This document shows positions 17,052 through 26,181 of a stretch of DNA of 38,584 nucleotides, piece after piece. Positions within the stretch are counted from its first letter, which is position 1. Each line of letters opens with the position of its first letter. Source of the stretch: Anaerolineae bacterium (GTDB lineage Bacteria; Chloroflexota; Anaerolineae; B4-G1; SLSP01). The stretch covers positions 1 through 38,584 of the forward strand of contig JAGPHL010000001.1 in assembly GCA_018055515.1 (NCBI GenBank), in the 5' to 3' direction. Made by a program: the position numbers and the translations under genes. Under the pieces are notes generated by a model. The model was not told the DNA's origin and searched no databases. It was given only the letters and a program-made list of their open reading frames with translations.

Positions 17052-18065
17052 CGTTGCCGCTTCCCAGATGGCGTTCGTATAGACCTCTTCGGGCGGCACC
17101 GTAGCCTCCAAAACGCCATACCGTTGCAAGGTATCCACGACCCGCAACACGTCGGCGCGGTCCGTATACCCCACCGGGCGGATTTCGGACACTTTGACCA
17201 GTAAGGAGATCTCCCGCATCATGGCGAGCTGATGTTCCAGCGTCTGCATTCCGCTGAGGTCGTACTTCAACACAATCTCAGCCGCCTCGTTGGGATTGGC
17301 GATGGCGTATTCCCACCCGCGTAAGGAAGCGCGCACCATCCGCACGCACAGATCCGGATCCTGTTCCACCAGCGCCTTGGACGTGAAAAGCGTGTCCCCC
17401 GGAAAATCCAGACCGTAATCTGCATAGTCAATAACATTCAGCTCATTGACTGCTACGCCGCTTTCCAACACGGTGTGATACTCGTTGTAACTCATCGCCG
17501 AGGCCACATCCAACTCGCGGGAAAGGAAGGCGTCCATGCTGAACCCCTGCGAGACGAGGGTGTATTGGTCAGAGGCGATCCCCTGCTGCGCCATCAACGC
17601 GCGGAACTGCGCCTCCCAGCTTCCCAACCACACCCCCACCCGTTTGCCCACAAAATCAGCCGGCTCTTGAATCCCCGAATCACGGAAGGCCAGCAACAGC
17701 AGCCCATTCTTCTGTTGGATCTGCGCAATGCTGATGAGCGGTTGCCCCTGCTGGACCGCCACCGCCAGATCGGCGAGCATGGTGACGCCAAAATCAGCTG
17801 TGCCGCTCCCCACCGCCGTCACAGGAGAAATATCTGGCCCCCCGGGTCGAATGGTCACATCCAATCCTTCTTCGGTATACCAACCCTTGTCCAGAGCCAC
17901 ATAATAGCCCGCGAACTGAGCCTGCGAGAACCACAGCAGTTGCAAGGTCACCGGACGGGGCAGCTCTACCTTCGCGGCCGGCTGCCCGGTCGCCGTGCAA
18001 GCGCTCAACCATCCCAGCGCCAGGATGGCCAGCATCCCCTGTCTGAAAAGCGCCGTATGTTTCAT
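17043..18065 (-). CDS. Lipoprotein, ABC-type substrate-binding protein of the NMT1/THI5 (NitT/TauT-like) family, orphan
   Basis: SD GGGAGGA lies upstream of ATG 18065. The lipoprotein signal MKHTALFRQGMLAILALGWLSAC carries a lipobox (LSAC). The family pattern is TLQLLWFSQAQFAGYYVALDKGWYTEEGLDVTIRPGG..GTADFGV. No permease or ATPase genes are present anywhere in the window. Confidence 0.85.
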   Translation of the reverse strand: MKHTALFRQGMLAILALGWLSACTATGQPAAKVELPRPVTLQLLWFSQAQFAGYYVALDKGWYTEEGLDVTIRPGGPDISPVTAVGSGTADFGVTMLADLAVAVQQGQPLISIAQIQQKNGLLLLAFRDSGIQEPADFVGKRVGVWLGSWEAQFRALMAQQGIASDQYTLVSQGFSMDAFLSRELDVASAMSYNEYHTVLESGVAVNELNVIDYADYGLDFPGDTLFTSKALVEQDPDLCVRMVRASLRGWEYAIANPNEAAEIVLKYDLSGMQTLEHQLAMMREISLLVKVSEIRPVGYTDRADVLRVVDTLQRYGVLEATVPPEEVYTNAIWEAATSK

Positions 18066-18077
18066 GGCTGTCCTCCC

Positions 18078-21000
18078 TTAATCCCCTGCCGTCACCTGCT
18101 GGACTTCCTCCAGCGCTGGAGGAGTGCCCACGCGCAGCTCCACACGCTCCAGGCCCAATACCTGCTGCAGCTCGTGCACCGCCGCTTGCAGGACCGCGTC
18201 CATGTCCAGCTGCTCACGGATGCGCGCCGTCGTCTCGCTGATGAGACGCTCCTGCGCCGCCTGCTGTTGGGTCGCCTGATACAGACGGGCGCTTTCCAGC
18301 GACAACGTTACCTGCTCGGCAATCTGTTCCAGAAGCTCCAGCGTCTCCGGGGGGACCTCTTCGGCCTCAAACCGCACGTCGAGCACGCCGATGGTTTGCT
18401 CGCGCAAGCGCAGGGGCAAAGCGATCACCGCATGCGCCGCCTCGGGGGTCGCCGCGGACTCCGCCGGCAGGCCATAGCGCGTGATCACCGGCTGCTGCTC
18501 CGCCAAAGCCGTCTGCTCCTCCGGCGAAAGCGCCGGCGCCGGCTCTAGCCCTAGACGATAACGGTAACCGATGGTCTTGCCTATCGTCTCCAGGTACTCG
18601 CGCCACGACTCTTGCGTGTACCGGCCCTGCGCCGCCTCCAACGCGCGGACAGTGCGCTCCATTTCGTCCAACAGGCGCGCGGTCTCGATGGCATTGCCCA
18701 GCTGATCCGCGACCGTCTGCAACACCGCCAGATCCTCTTCGGAGAAGGCGGCCGGCTCCACCGATTGCAGGGTCATCGCGCCGATGGCCCGGCCCCGACT
18801 CCGCAACGGCACCGCCGCCTCAGAGCGCGTCTCAGGCAAGAGCGGGTTGTCGAAACGCACGGCCTCCGCGCCGACATCCAGGGCAATCCGCGCCTGATTC
18901 TCGAGGATGCATTGACCGATCATCGAAGCGCCGCCGACCTCCAGTTTGTGGCCACGCTCCAGCATGAGCTGGCCGGCTTCCCCCGTTCCGGCACGCAACA
19001 CCGCCCAACGCCCCGTTTCCTCCACCAGGAACAAGCCCACGTAGTAGTAACCGAAACGCTCCTCCAGCAAGTTCACAGCCTGGGTGATCAATTCCTGCAG
19101 GCTCAAGATGGACGAGGTAATCTGCGCGATTTCCGTCGCCGTGCGCAATTGCGCGGCGCGATAGCGCGTTTCGGCCACCAGGCGCCGCGTCTCCACGGCC
19201 CGGGCGGCCTGCTCCAACAGCCCCTCCACCAGGGCAATCTCGGCCTCCGTCCAGGGTTGAGCGCCCTGACGTTCCAGCCCCATCAAGCCGACGATCTCCC
19301 CATACAGCATCAACGGCGCCCCCAGGCTGTAGCCCGAATCGGTCGGCTGCTGCACCGATCGCGCCTCGGCCAGAGCCGCCGTCATCGCCGGCAGCCAGGG
19401 AGGCGCTTCCGCGCCCGCAGCGCTGTAGCTGTGCGTGGCGCCCGAAACGTCAGCGCTACGCCACGCCTCACGAATGTACTGGCGCTGCAACGCCAGCAAA
19501 TCCCGCAGCGCCGTCTCCGCTTCCTGGCGGGACGCCTCCAACGCTGCCTGCACCTCGGCCTGATGTTGAAGCAGCGACATGCGATAGATGCTGCCGCTGA
19601 ATTGCTCGCCGAGGCGATCGTAGATGGCGCCGTCGCGCGGGCCGAGCTCCAGAAGCATAACACCGAGGGATGTGTTCCGCGTCAACAGCGGCACGAGCAC
19701 CGCCGTGTACCGTTGCTGCTCAAGCCCCATCCCTTCCGGCAGCAATTGCCGCGCGGGGAACGCTATCGGCGGCTCCCAGGCATGGGCGCCATGTTCATGC
19801 TCATAGGAAAACGCCAGGTGCAGATGCTCCGCCGGCTCATTTTCGGCCGGATAAAGCGTCATGTAGGCGTGCCGGATGCCTAAGGCGGGGAAATAATGCT
19901 CTACCGGCGGCTGTAACTCCGACAAAGACAACACCGCCATGAGGGCGCGGTCGAATTCCTGAATGCGGGTCTCCTGGCGCTTGAGCGCCAGCTGACGATA
20001 CCCCTCCAGCCGCTGCACCTCCGCGCTGACCAGGACCCGCGCCTGCTGCAGCAGGTTCTCAGCATGAAGCAGCTGCGCGCGATCCACAAGGTGCGGCAGA
20101 GCAGCGCGCCGCAAGGCCGAGAGCGTCGTATGCCAGGCGGCCACCTCCGCGACAGGAACGACTTCCGCCGGTTGCGCCGCGGCCTGAATGCTGCGCAAGG
20201 CCTGGGTGCAGGCCGTCAGAAAACGGCTCGAAGTGCCGCTTGCCACATCTTCTCTGAAGGCCTGCCATACCGGCGCCGGCACGTTCACGGGCGCCGACAG
20301 CGTTTCCCAGGCCACCGGGAGCTCCGGCACGGCTGAGACGGGCGCCGCGGCTTGCTCCACCACCTCCAACTGACAGCCACACGAGCGCCGCAGCACCAGC
20401 TGCGTAGGAATATGGATGATGTCCGGGACCGGCCCGCCGCGAATCAGTGCCAGCACGGTCTCCGTCGCAATGCGCGCCGCGTCGGTGAAAGATTGCCGCA
20501 CCGTGGTCAACGGCGCTTCCAGAAACGGCGCGGCGTCCACGTCATCGAACCCCACCAGCGCGACGTCCTCCGGTACGCGCAGCCCATGGGCCTGCAGCAC
20601 GTCGAAGGCGCCAAAGGCCATGTCATCGTTCGCCGAGACCACTGCCTCCAAAGGCGCCCCGCGCGCGAGCAGCTCCTCCATCGCCGCCTGCCCCGTCACC
20701 CGCCGGTAATCTCCCCGCACCACCAACGCCGGATCGAGGGGCAAACCGTGACGCAACAGTACTTCCGTGTAAGCGCGGTAACGCTCCTCTGCCTCAAGTT
20801 GCCCCGCCGGCCCCTGAATAAACGCGATGCGCCGATACCCATGGACGGTGATCAAGTGCTCGACCGCTTCCCGCATCCCGCTGAGGCTATCCGGCAATAC
20901 CTGCACCACTCCCGGCAGCGGCAATGCGCCTCCCACCATCGGCAAGGGCGCAAAGCGGGCGCAGAAACGCGCCAGGTCCTCTGCCGCGAGAGCGTGCCCT

Positions 21001-21248
21001 AACGTCCCGCTGATGATCAAGCCATCAAATTTCTCGGGCCCGATCAGGTCGAAGACGACCGTCTGAGGAACGTTCCAACGCAGCTCGCCGCCCACCAGGC
21101 AAATGAGATTGACGTCCAGGGCCGCCGCGGCATCTGCTACCCCCAACAGGAAACCGTTCTCATAGCCATCGCGCAGCCAGGTGACCAACAGTCCAATCGT
21201 AGGGCGGGACGTTTGCTCGCGGATTTTATGCGTGTCCTGTGCTTCCAT
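18078..21248 (-). CDS. Soluble array member: LacI/RbsB-type ligand-binding domain without an HTH, unassigned region, internal W-module, GAF (LYY subtype), second W-module, tail
   Basis: SD GAGGA lies 7 nt upstream of ATG 21248. There is no TM segment. The PBP type-1 pattern is IGLLVTWLRDGYENGF..HGYRRIAFIQGP..VVSANDDMAFGAFDVLQAHGLRVPEDVALVGFDD, with no preceding helix-turn-helix. The internal W-module is QRQYIREAWRS..LGAPLMLYGEIVGLMGLERQGAQPWTEAEIALVEGLLEQAARAVETRRL. The GAF reads RFGYYYVGLFLVE..LRAGTGEAGQLML..RFDNPLLPETRSEAAVPL. The second W-module begins TQESWREYL and the tail is ERLISETTARIREQLDMDAVLQAAVHELQQVLGLERVELRVGTP. Confidence 0.88.
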   Translation of the reverse strand: MEAQDTHKIREQTSRPTIGLLVTWLRDGYENGFLLGVADAAAALDVNLICLVGGELRWNVPQTVVFDLIGPEKFDGLIISGTLGHALAAEDLARFCARFAPLPMVGGALPLPGVVQVLPDSLSGMREAVEHLITVHGYRRIAFIQGPAGQLEAEERYRAYTEVLLRHGLPLDPALVVRGDYRRVTGQAAMEELLARGAPLEAVVSANDDMAFGAFDVLQAHGLRVPEDVALVGFDDVDAAPFLEAPLTTVRQSFTDAARIATETVLALIRGGPVPDIIHIPTQLVLRRSCGCQLEVVEQAAAPVSAVPELPVAWETLSAPVNVPAPVWQAFREDVASGTSSRFLTACTQALRSIQAAAQPAEVVPVAEVAAWHTTLSALRRAALPHLVDRAQLLHAENLLQQARVLVSAEVQRLEGYRQLALKRQETRIQEFDRALMAVLSLSELQPPVEHYFPALGIRHAYMTLYPAENEPAEHLHLAFSYEHEHGAHAWEPPIAFPARQLLPEGMGLEQQRYTAVLVPLLTRNTSLGVMLLELGPRDGAIYDRLGEQFSGSIYRMSLLQHQAEVQAALEASRQEAETALRDLLALQRQYIREAWRSADVSGATHSYSAAGAEAPPWLPAMTAALAEARSVQQPTDSGYSLGAPLMLYGEIVGLMGLERQGAQPWTEAEIALVEGLLEQAARAVETRRLVAETRYRAAQLRTATEIAQITSSILSLQELITQAVNLLEERFGYYYVGLFLVEETGRWAVLRAGTGEAGQLMLERGHKLEVGGASMIGQCILENQARIALDVGAEAVRFDNPLLPETRSEAAVPLRSRGRAIGAMTLQSVEPAAFSEEDLAVLQTVADQLGNAIETARLLDEMERTVRALEAAQGRYTQESWREYLETIGKTIGYRYRLGLEPAPALSPEEQTALAEQQPVITRYGLPAESAATPEAAHAVIALPLRLREQTIGVLDVRFEAEEVPPETLELLEQIAEQVTLSLESARLYQATQQQAAQERLISETTARIREQLDMDAVLQAAVHELQQVLGLERVELRVGTPPALEEVQQVTAGD

Positions 21249-21257
21249 GCGCTGTCC

Positions 21258-22520
21258 TCACTCCAATGCCGCTGCGGATGTTTCCTGCGCGAGCGCCGCC
21301 AGCTGTTCGCGCGTTCCCAAGCGCGTGACTGCCGTCGTCGCGCCCATCAAGCGTCCCACTTCTTCCGTCACAATGCGCAGCACGGCTTGAATGTCTGCCG
21401 CGCCAATGATTTGCTCCGTAATCACGCGGACCCGCTGTTCCTGCAGCGCTTGCTGCTGCAACTGCTCGAAAAGCCGGGCGTTGTAGATCGCGTTGGCGAC
21501 GGGAACCGCCACAGCCTGAATCAATGCCAGATCGTGCTCGTCGAAAACGTAGGATTGGGTGTAGCTCTCAATCGCTAACACTCCCACTACCTGATTCAAC
21601 GCGATCAAAGGGGTACCCAACCAGGAATTTGCCTGCTGTCCCAGGTGCTCAAAACCGTGCTCACGACAGAAAGCCAGTTCTTCTTCGGCGGTGCGGAACA
21701 GCAGCGACCGGCGTTCGCGGATCATGTATCCCGTCAACCCCTCGTTCAACGGATATTCCCGGCCCACCAAACGCTCACCTTCTTGCACATCGAAAGCCGA
21801 AGACCAAATGCCGCGTTCCTCATCCACCACGGCGATGTAGAAACTGGAGACATCGAAGAGCCGTCCCAGCTGCATGTGAGCAGTATGGAATACCTCCTCC
21901 AGATCGTGGGTCACGGCCAGCGCCTGGCCGATCTCGTTGAGGACCAACATCTCCTGCATCCGGCGCGCCTGTTGCGCCGAGAGCCGTGCGTTTTCGAGGG
22001 CAGCCGCCGCCTGATTGGCAACGGTCATCAGCAGATCGCGCTCCCGTTCGCCATAGAGCCCCGGCGTGGTGTAACTCTGCACCGTCATCACGCCGATCAC
22101 GCGATCGCCTATCATCAAGGGCACTCCCAGCCAGGATTTCGCCCCCGTAATCCCCAGGATCCGCACTCCCAATTCGGTGATGCGCTCCATGGAGCTTTCT
22201 TCCAACAACAGCGGCGCCCGCGTCTGGATGACATATTCGGTCAGGCCGCCGCTCATCTTGCGGTAAGTGCGCTCGCCGCGCTCCACCCGTTGGCCCTCCG
22301 TCACGTCCAGGCAGAAAAAGAGCTCTTGCTTGAGTTCGTCATACAGGGCGATGTAGAAGTTCGTCGTGTCCATCAAGCGCGAGACGGCGCGATACACGCC
22401 CTCGACCACCTCTTCCATGCCCAGGCCGGCAGCAGTCAACGCCGCCATTTCCTGGATGACCGAAAGCGCTGTGCCCGCTGTCGTGTCGATCGAGCGCAGT
22501 TCGAACTCCTGTTCCATCAT
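21258..22520 (-). CDS. Soluble array member: two GAF domains plus family tail
   Basis: ATGA overlaps the upstream gene at 22517-22520. There is no TM segment. The two GAFs are of the SWLG[VT]PL type: KSWLGVPLMIGDRVIGVMTVQSY and NSWLGTPLIALNQVVGVLAIESY. The tail is EQRVRVITEQIIGAADIQAVLRIVTEEVGRLMGATTAVTRLGT. Confidence 0.9.
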   Translation of the reverse strand: MMEQEFELRSIDTTAGTALSVIQEMAALTAAGLGMEEVVEGVYRAVSRLMDTTNFYIALYDELKQELFFCLDVTEGQRVERGERTYRKMSGGLTEYVIQTRAPLLLEESSMERITELGVRILGITGAKSWLGVPLMIGDRVIGVMTVQSYTTPGLYGERERDLLMTVANQAAAALENARLSAQQARRMQEMLVLNEIGQALAVTHDLEEVFHTAHMQLGRLFDVSSFYIAVVDEERGIWSSAFDVQEGERLVGREYPLNEGLTGYMIRERRSLLFRTAEEELAFCREHGFEHLGQQANSWLGTPLIALNQVVGVLAIESYTQSYVFDEHDLALIQAVAVPVANAIYNARLFEQLQQQALQEQRVRVITEQIIGAADIQAVLRIVTEEVGRLMGATTAVTRLGTREQLAALAQETSAAALE

Positions 22521-24454
22521 GAGCTCACCTCCTCAGCCGCAGGCGCAACGGCGTCCGGCAACGTCACATGGACCGTGGCCTCGGCTACGCCAGGCAAACG
22601 TCCCAATTGCGCCACAGCCGTCTGCAACACCGTCGTCACGTCAAGCGAGCGCCGCAGCTGCGAGGCAATCTCGCCGGCCAGACGCTCCTGGCTCGCGCGA
22701 CGCTGCGTTTCCTGATGCAAACGCGCACTCTCCAACGCCTGCGCCAGCTCCTGAGCCGTCCGCGCGGCGAAGGAAATTTCCTCACTCGTCCAGGGCCGAT
22801 CAAGAGGACGGCGTACCTGCAACACGGCAAGTTCCAGCCCGGCAATCGTCACCGGCACCAACAGGGTGTTGTCTGTCAGCACTCGAGGCGCGGTCAGTGG
22901 CGCCGCAGGGACGCCCTCCCCACCCTTGTCCAACGCCTCCAGAGTCCGCGGCGTGTAACGATAGCCGCGCAGGCTGAGTTGTGTCATGAAATCTGACCAA
23001 CCGCGATGCAAGTCCTGGGCATAAGCACGCTGCAGCTCGCGCATGGCCTCCTGACGCTGAGCAAAAACCAGCGCGTTGGCAATGGCCACGGCGAGCTGAT
23101 CCGCCAGGATGGCCAGGGTACGGATATCCTCAGGGCGGAAGGCGCCCACGTCGCGGCTCTGCACGTCCAGAGCGCCGATCACCTGCCCACCAACAATCAA
23201 AGGCAACGCCATTTCGGAATGCGTCTCAGGCAGATCGGGGTTATCGAACCACACCATGTCCTCGCCAACATCCAGCGCGATACGCGGTCGTCCCGTCTGC
23301 GTGACGTAGCCCACGATGCCCTGCGCCCCGACCGCCAGCCGATGTCCGCGCGCCAACATCCGCTGCCCGCCTTCCGAGGAGGCAGCGCGCAACACCGCCC
23401 ACTCACGGCTCTCGTCCAGCAGAAAAATGCCGGCATGGTAGAAGCCAAACTGCTCCGGGATGAGCCGCACCGCTTGCCACAGCAGCTCGTCCAGGTCAAG
23501 GAGCGAAGCGGCGACGCGGCTGACTTCCCCCGTCGCCCGCAGGTAGGCCGCCTGACGTTCCAGATCGGCCGTGCGCGCCGCAATACGTTCCTCCAACGTG
23601 GCCACTAACTCACGCAGCTGCCGGGTCATCACATTAAAAGCATCCGCCAGCTGCGCCGCTTCTGCTTCGGGAGGCAAGGGGATCTCAAAATTCAAATCGC
23701 CGCCTGCGACCCGTTCAACTGCAGTGACCAGCGCGCCAAGATACGTCGTCAGATTGCGGCCCAATAGCCAGCCGCCGCCGGCAGCGAGCGGCGCCGCGAT
23801 CAGCAAAGCCAGCGCGCCCAGCCGTAGAAAGGCGGATTCCTGACCGCGCACGTTGGCGGCATCCAAATCCACGCACAAGATGCCCACCAGTGTGCCATCG
23901 GCGGTACGCAGCGGGGCATACGCCGAAAGCCAGGTCCCCCACTGATCCACATAGAAGTCCTCTTCGACCGCAGGGCCAGCCAGCGAACCGACCACTTGTC
24001 GCAAGAGCGGGCCGGCATCGTCATACACGCTGCCGGGCAAAGACACCTCTTCAGCCGATTCCTCGGCATCCGCCACAAAGTAAATCTTGCCATCCGCTCC
24101 CTGATGGACGATGTAGACAAAGCGCGCGTCGGTGATGCGGTCCCGCACCGCCCGCAGCTGCGCAACGACGGACTCATACAGCGGGCCGGTTTGCGGTTCA
24201 GCCGCGACCAGGCGTGCCACGGTCTCCACGTCCACGCTCAGCGCGGCGAGAGCCACCTCATCCCGAAGCCGCCCGCGGATTTCCCGGCTCAGATACGGGC
24301 CCACGGCAAAGCGTGCGACCCCCACGATGAAGCCCACCAGCAGCAACAAACTCCAGGCCGCAAAACCGACGGCGGCCCGCGTGCGCAAGCGGGGGCGCAC
24401 TTCGGGCTCTGGGGTCTGATCGCGCGACGGCGCGAAATCCGGCTTCACGCTCAT
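22517..24454 (-). CDS. Array sensor: single Cache/PDC-like domain, TM, HAMP, GAF (FYH subtype), W-module, tail
   Basis: ATGA overlaps the upstream gene at 24451-24454. The first TM is AAWSLLLLVGFIVGV. The Cache-like block is ARFVYIVHQGADGKIYFVADAEE..DQWGTWLSAYAPLRTADGTLVGILCVDLDA. A second TM precedes the HAMP (YLGALVTAVERVAGGDLNFEIPLPPEAEAAQLADAFNVM). The GAF reads QFGFYHAGIFLLD..LRAASSEGGQRML..WFDNPDLPETHSEMALPL. The W-module begins HRGWSDFM and the tail is ERLAGEIASQLRRSLDVTTVLQTAVAQLGRLPGVAEATVHVTLP. Confidence 0.9.
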   Translation of the reverse strand: MSVKPDFAPSRDQTPEPEVRPRLRTRAAVGFAAWSLLLLVGFIVGVARFAVGPYLSREIRGRLRDEVALAALSVDVETVARLVAAEPQTGPLYESVVAQLRAVRDRITDARFVYIVHQGADGKIYFVADAEESAEEVSLPGSVYDDAGPLLRQVVGSLAGPAVEEDFYVDQWGTWLSAYAPLRTADGTLVGILCVDLDAANVRGQESAFLRLGALALLIAAPLAAGGGWLLGRNLTTYLGALVTAVERVAGGDLNFEIPLPPEAEAAQLADAFNVMTRQLRELVATLEERIAARTADLERQAAYLRATGEVSRVAASLLDLDELLWQAVRLIPEQFGFYHAGIFLLDESREWAVLRAASSEGGQRMLARGHRLAVGAQGIVGYVTQTGRPRIALDVGEDMVWFDNPDLPETHSEMALPLIVGGQVIGALDVQSRDVGAFRPEDIRTLAILADQLAVAIANALVFAQRQEAMRELQRAYAQDLHRGWSDFMTQLSLRGYRYTPRTLEALDKGGEGVPAAPLTAPRVLTDNTLLVPVTIAGLELAVLQVRRPLDRPWTSEEISFAARTAQELAQALESARLHQETQRRASQERLAGEIASQLRRSLDVTTVLQTAVAQLGRLPGVAEATVHVTLPDAVAPAAEEVSS

Positions 24455-26181
24455 GCCTCTTCCTCCCCCTGCGCCAGCGGCGGCAAAGGCCCGGTGCCGG
24501 GCAACGCACTCGCCGGTGATGGCGACGGCGTGAGGGTCAACACCACCTCGCTCGCATCCAACGCCGCGCCCAGCTCGCCCACGCCATGACGCATGATCGT
24601 CTCCACATCAAAACTGGACCACATCAAATTCGCGACGTGCGTCAGCTGCTCCTGATACAACGCTTTACGTCGGCTATCACGCAGCAGGCGCACCGTGTCG
24701 AAAGCGCTTGCCAGCCGTTCGACCGCCGTCGTCGCCAGCAACAGCGTGTCCGCGTCCCAGGGTAGCGCCAGCTTGTCGCCCTGCGTCTTGCGGGTGAAGG
24801 CCACGTACCCCAACGTCGTCTCGCGCCAGATGAGGGGCGCGATCAACACCCATCCCCCTTCCCCCGCGGTGAGTTCTACGACGCGCGGTTGCCCCTCGGC
24901 CAGGGCCTCCGCCGCCAGCGCCTGGATGTTTGCCGGCGGCGCTTCACCCGCCTGAATCTCACGCACGCCCCCCTCGGCGTCCAACAGCGAGCGCCAGGAA
25001 GTGCCGGCCACCTGCGCATACAACGTGCGGAGTTCCCGGGCGCGCCCGGCGGTCTCGTCCAACAAGCGCAAAATGTTCAACGTCGCGGCCACCTGATCGG
25101 CGAGAATGCGGAAGAGGCGCACGTCTTCATCGGAAAAGGGCTCGCCGCTGCCGTAGATTCCCAGGACTCCCAGCAGTTCGCCGCCGAACAACAAGGGCAG
25201 CGCCGCTTCGGCACTGCGCAAGGGGAAACGCTCATCACCGACAGGGATAGCGGTTTCGGCCCTTCCCAGCTGCGCCACCCGCCCCGGCAACGAGTCCCCG
25301 CCGACGGGGAGTACCCACCCGGCGTCCACCAGGGCCTGTCCCTGCGCGCCTGCCGCCGCGACGAGCTCCAGACGCTCACCCCGGCTATCTACGAGGAAGC
25401 AATTGGCCTGATAAAGTTCAAAGGTCCGCACCAATTCTTGCACGAGCAGTTGCAGCAGTTCTTCTCGATTGCGGATACGCCCCAAGGTGCGCGCCAGGAG
25501 CGCCACCTGGTCCAGACGGGTCGCCTCGCGGCGCGCCCGCTGCGCGTCCTCCTGCGCTTGCAGCTGCAAACGGCGGGCGAGATCTGCATTGCGCTGCAAT
25601 TCCTCCATGGAACGGAACAGGAATTTCCGATACTCGTTGATGATCAGTCCCAGGACCAGCGTCACGGCGAAGGGCACAAAGAACTCCATCCCCCACGACC
25701 CCAGATCAGCGGGGTTTTGGGCTTGCAGGGGAAGCAACCGCCCGCGGGAGTAATTCCAGGCAATCACGGCGTAGCTGCCAATCGCCAGCGCCCCCCAAAG
25801 TCCCAACCCCTGGGGTCCCAGCAGCAAGGTCGCCAGCAGCGGCACCAACACCAGCAAGAGCCGTCCGGCACCCACCAGGCCGTTCTGCGCCAGAATGTAC
25901 ACGCCGATCAGCAACAGCAACAGCAAGACGACGTTGATGCGCAGCAGAGGGGGCAAGCCTTTGATAAAAGCCAGCGCCGCCAACACTCCGAACAATATCA
26001 GGATAATGGGGACTTGCCAGTAAAAGCCGCGACTGATGACGGCAGGAATCCAGAAAAAGAGCACCGCCACGCCGATGGCGACGGAAAACTGCAGCAACCG
26101 TTCAAGCAGCCAGTTGCGGAATTGCGCTTCCTGTTCCGCGAGCGCGTTCCCTAGTGGAGCGCCAGGTGTGCGTGATTTCAT
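24451..26181 (-). CDS. Array sensor: polytopic membrane domain, divergent GAF, W-module, tail
   Basis: ATGA overlaps the upstream gene at 26178-26181. The product has about 6 hydrophobic helices and a coiled coil (LQLQAQEDAQRARREA). The divergent GAF reads FELYQANCFLVDSRGERLELVAAAG..RSAEAALPLLFGGELLGVLGIYG. The W-module is AGTSWRSLL..VLIAPLIWRETTLGYVAF..WDADTLLLATTAVERLASAFDTVRLL and the tail is QEQLTHVANLMWSSFDVETIMRHGVGELGAALDASEVVLTLTP. Confidence 0.88.
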   Translation of the reverse strand: MKSRTPGAPLGNALAEQEAQFRNWLLERLLQFSVAIGVAVLFFWIPAVISRGFYWQVPIILILFGVLAALAFIKGLPPLLRINVVLLLLLLIGVYILAQNGLVGAGRLLLVLVPLLATLLLGPQGLGLWGALAIGSYAVIAWNYSRGRLLPLQAQNPADLGSWGMEFFVPFAVTLVLGLIINEYRKFLFRSMEELQRNADLARRLQLQAQEDAQRARREATRLDQVALLARTLGRIRNREELLQLLVQELVRTFELYQANCFLVDSRGERLELVAAAGAQGQALVDAGWVLPVGGDSLPGRVAQLGRAETAIPVGDERFPLRSAEAALPLLFGGELLGVLGIYGSGEPFSDEDVRLFRILADQVAATLNILRLLDETAGRARELRTLYAQVAGTSWRSLLDAEGGVREIQAGEAPPANIQALAAEALAEGQPRVVELTAGEGGWVLIAPLIWRETTLGYVAFTRKTQGDKLALPWDADTLLLATTAVERLASAFDTVRLLRDSRRKALYQEQLTHVANLMWSSFDVETIMRHGVGELGAALDASEVVLTLTPSPSPASALPGTGPLPPLAQGEEEA

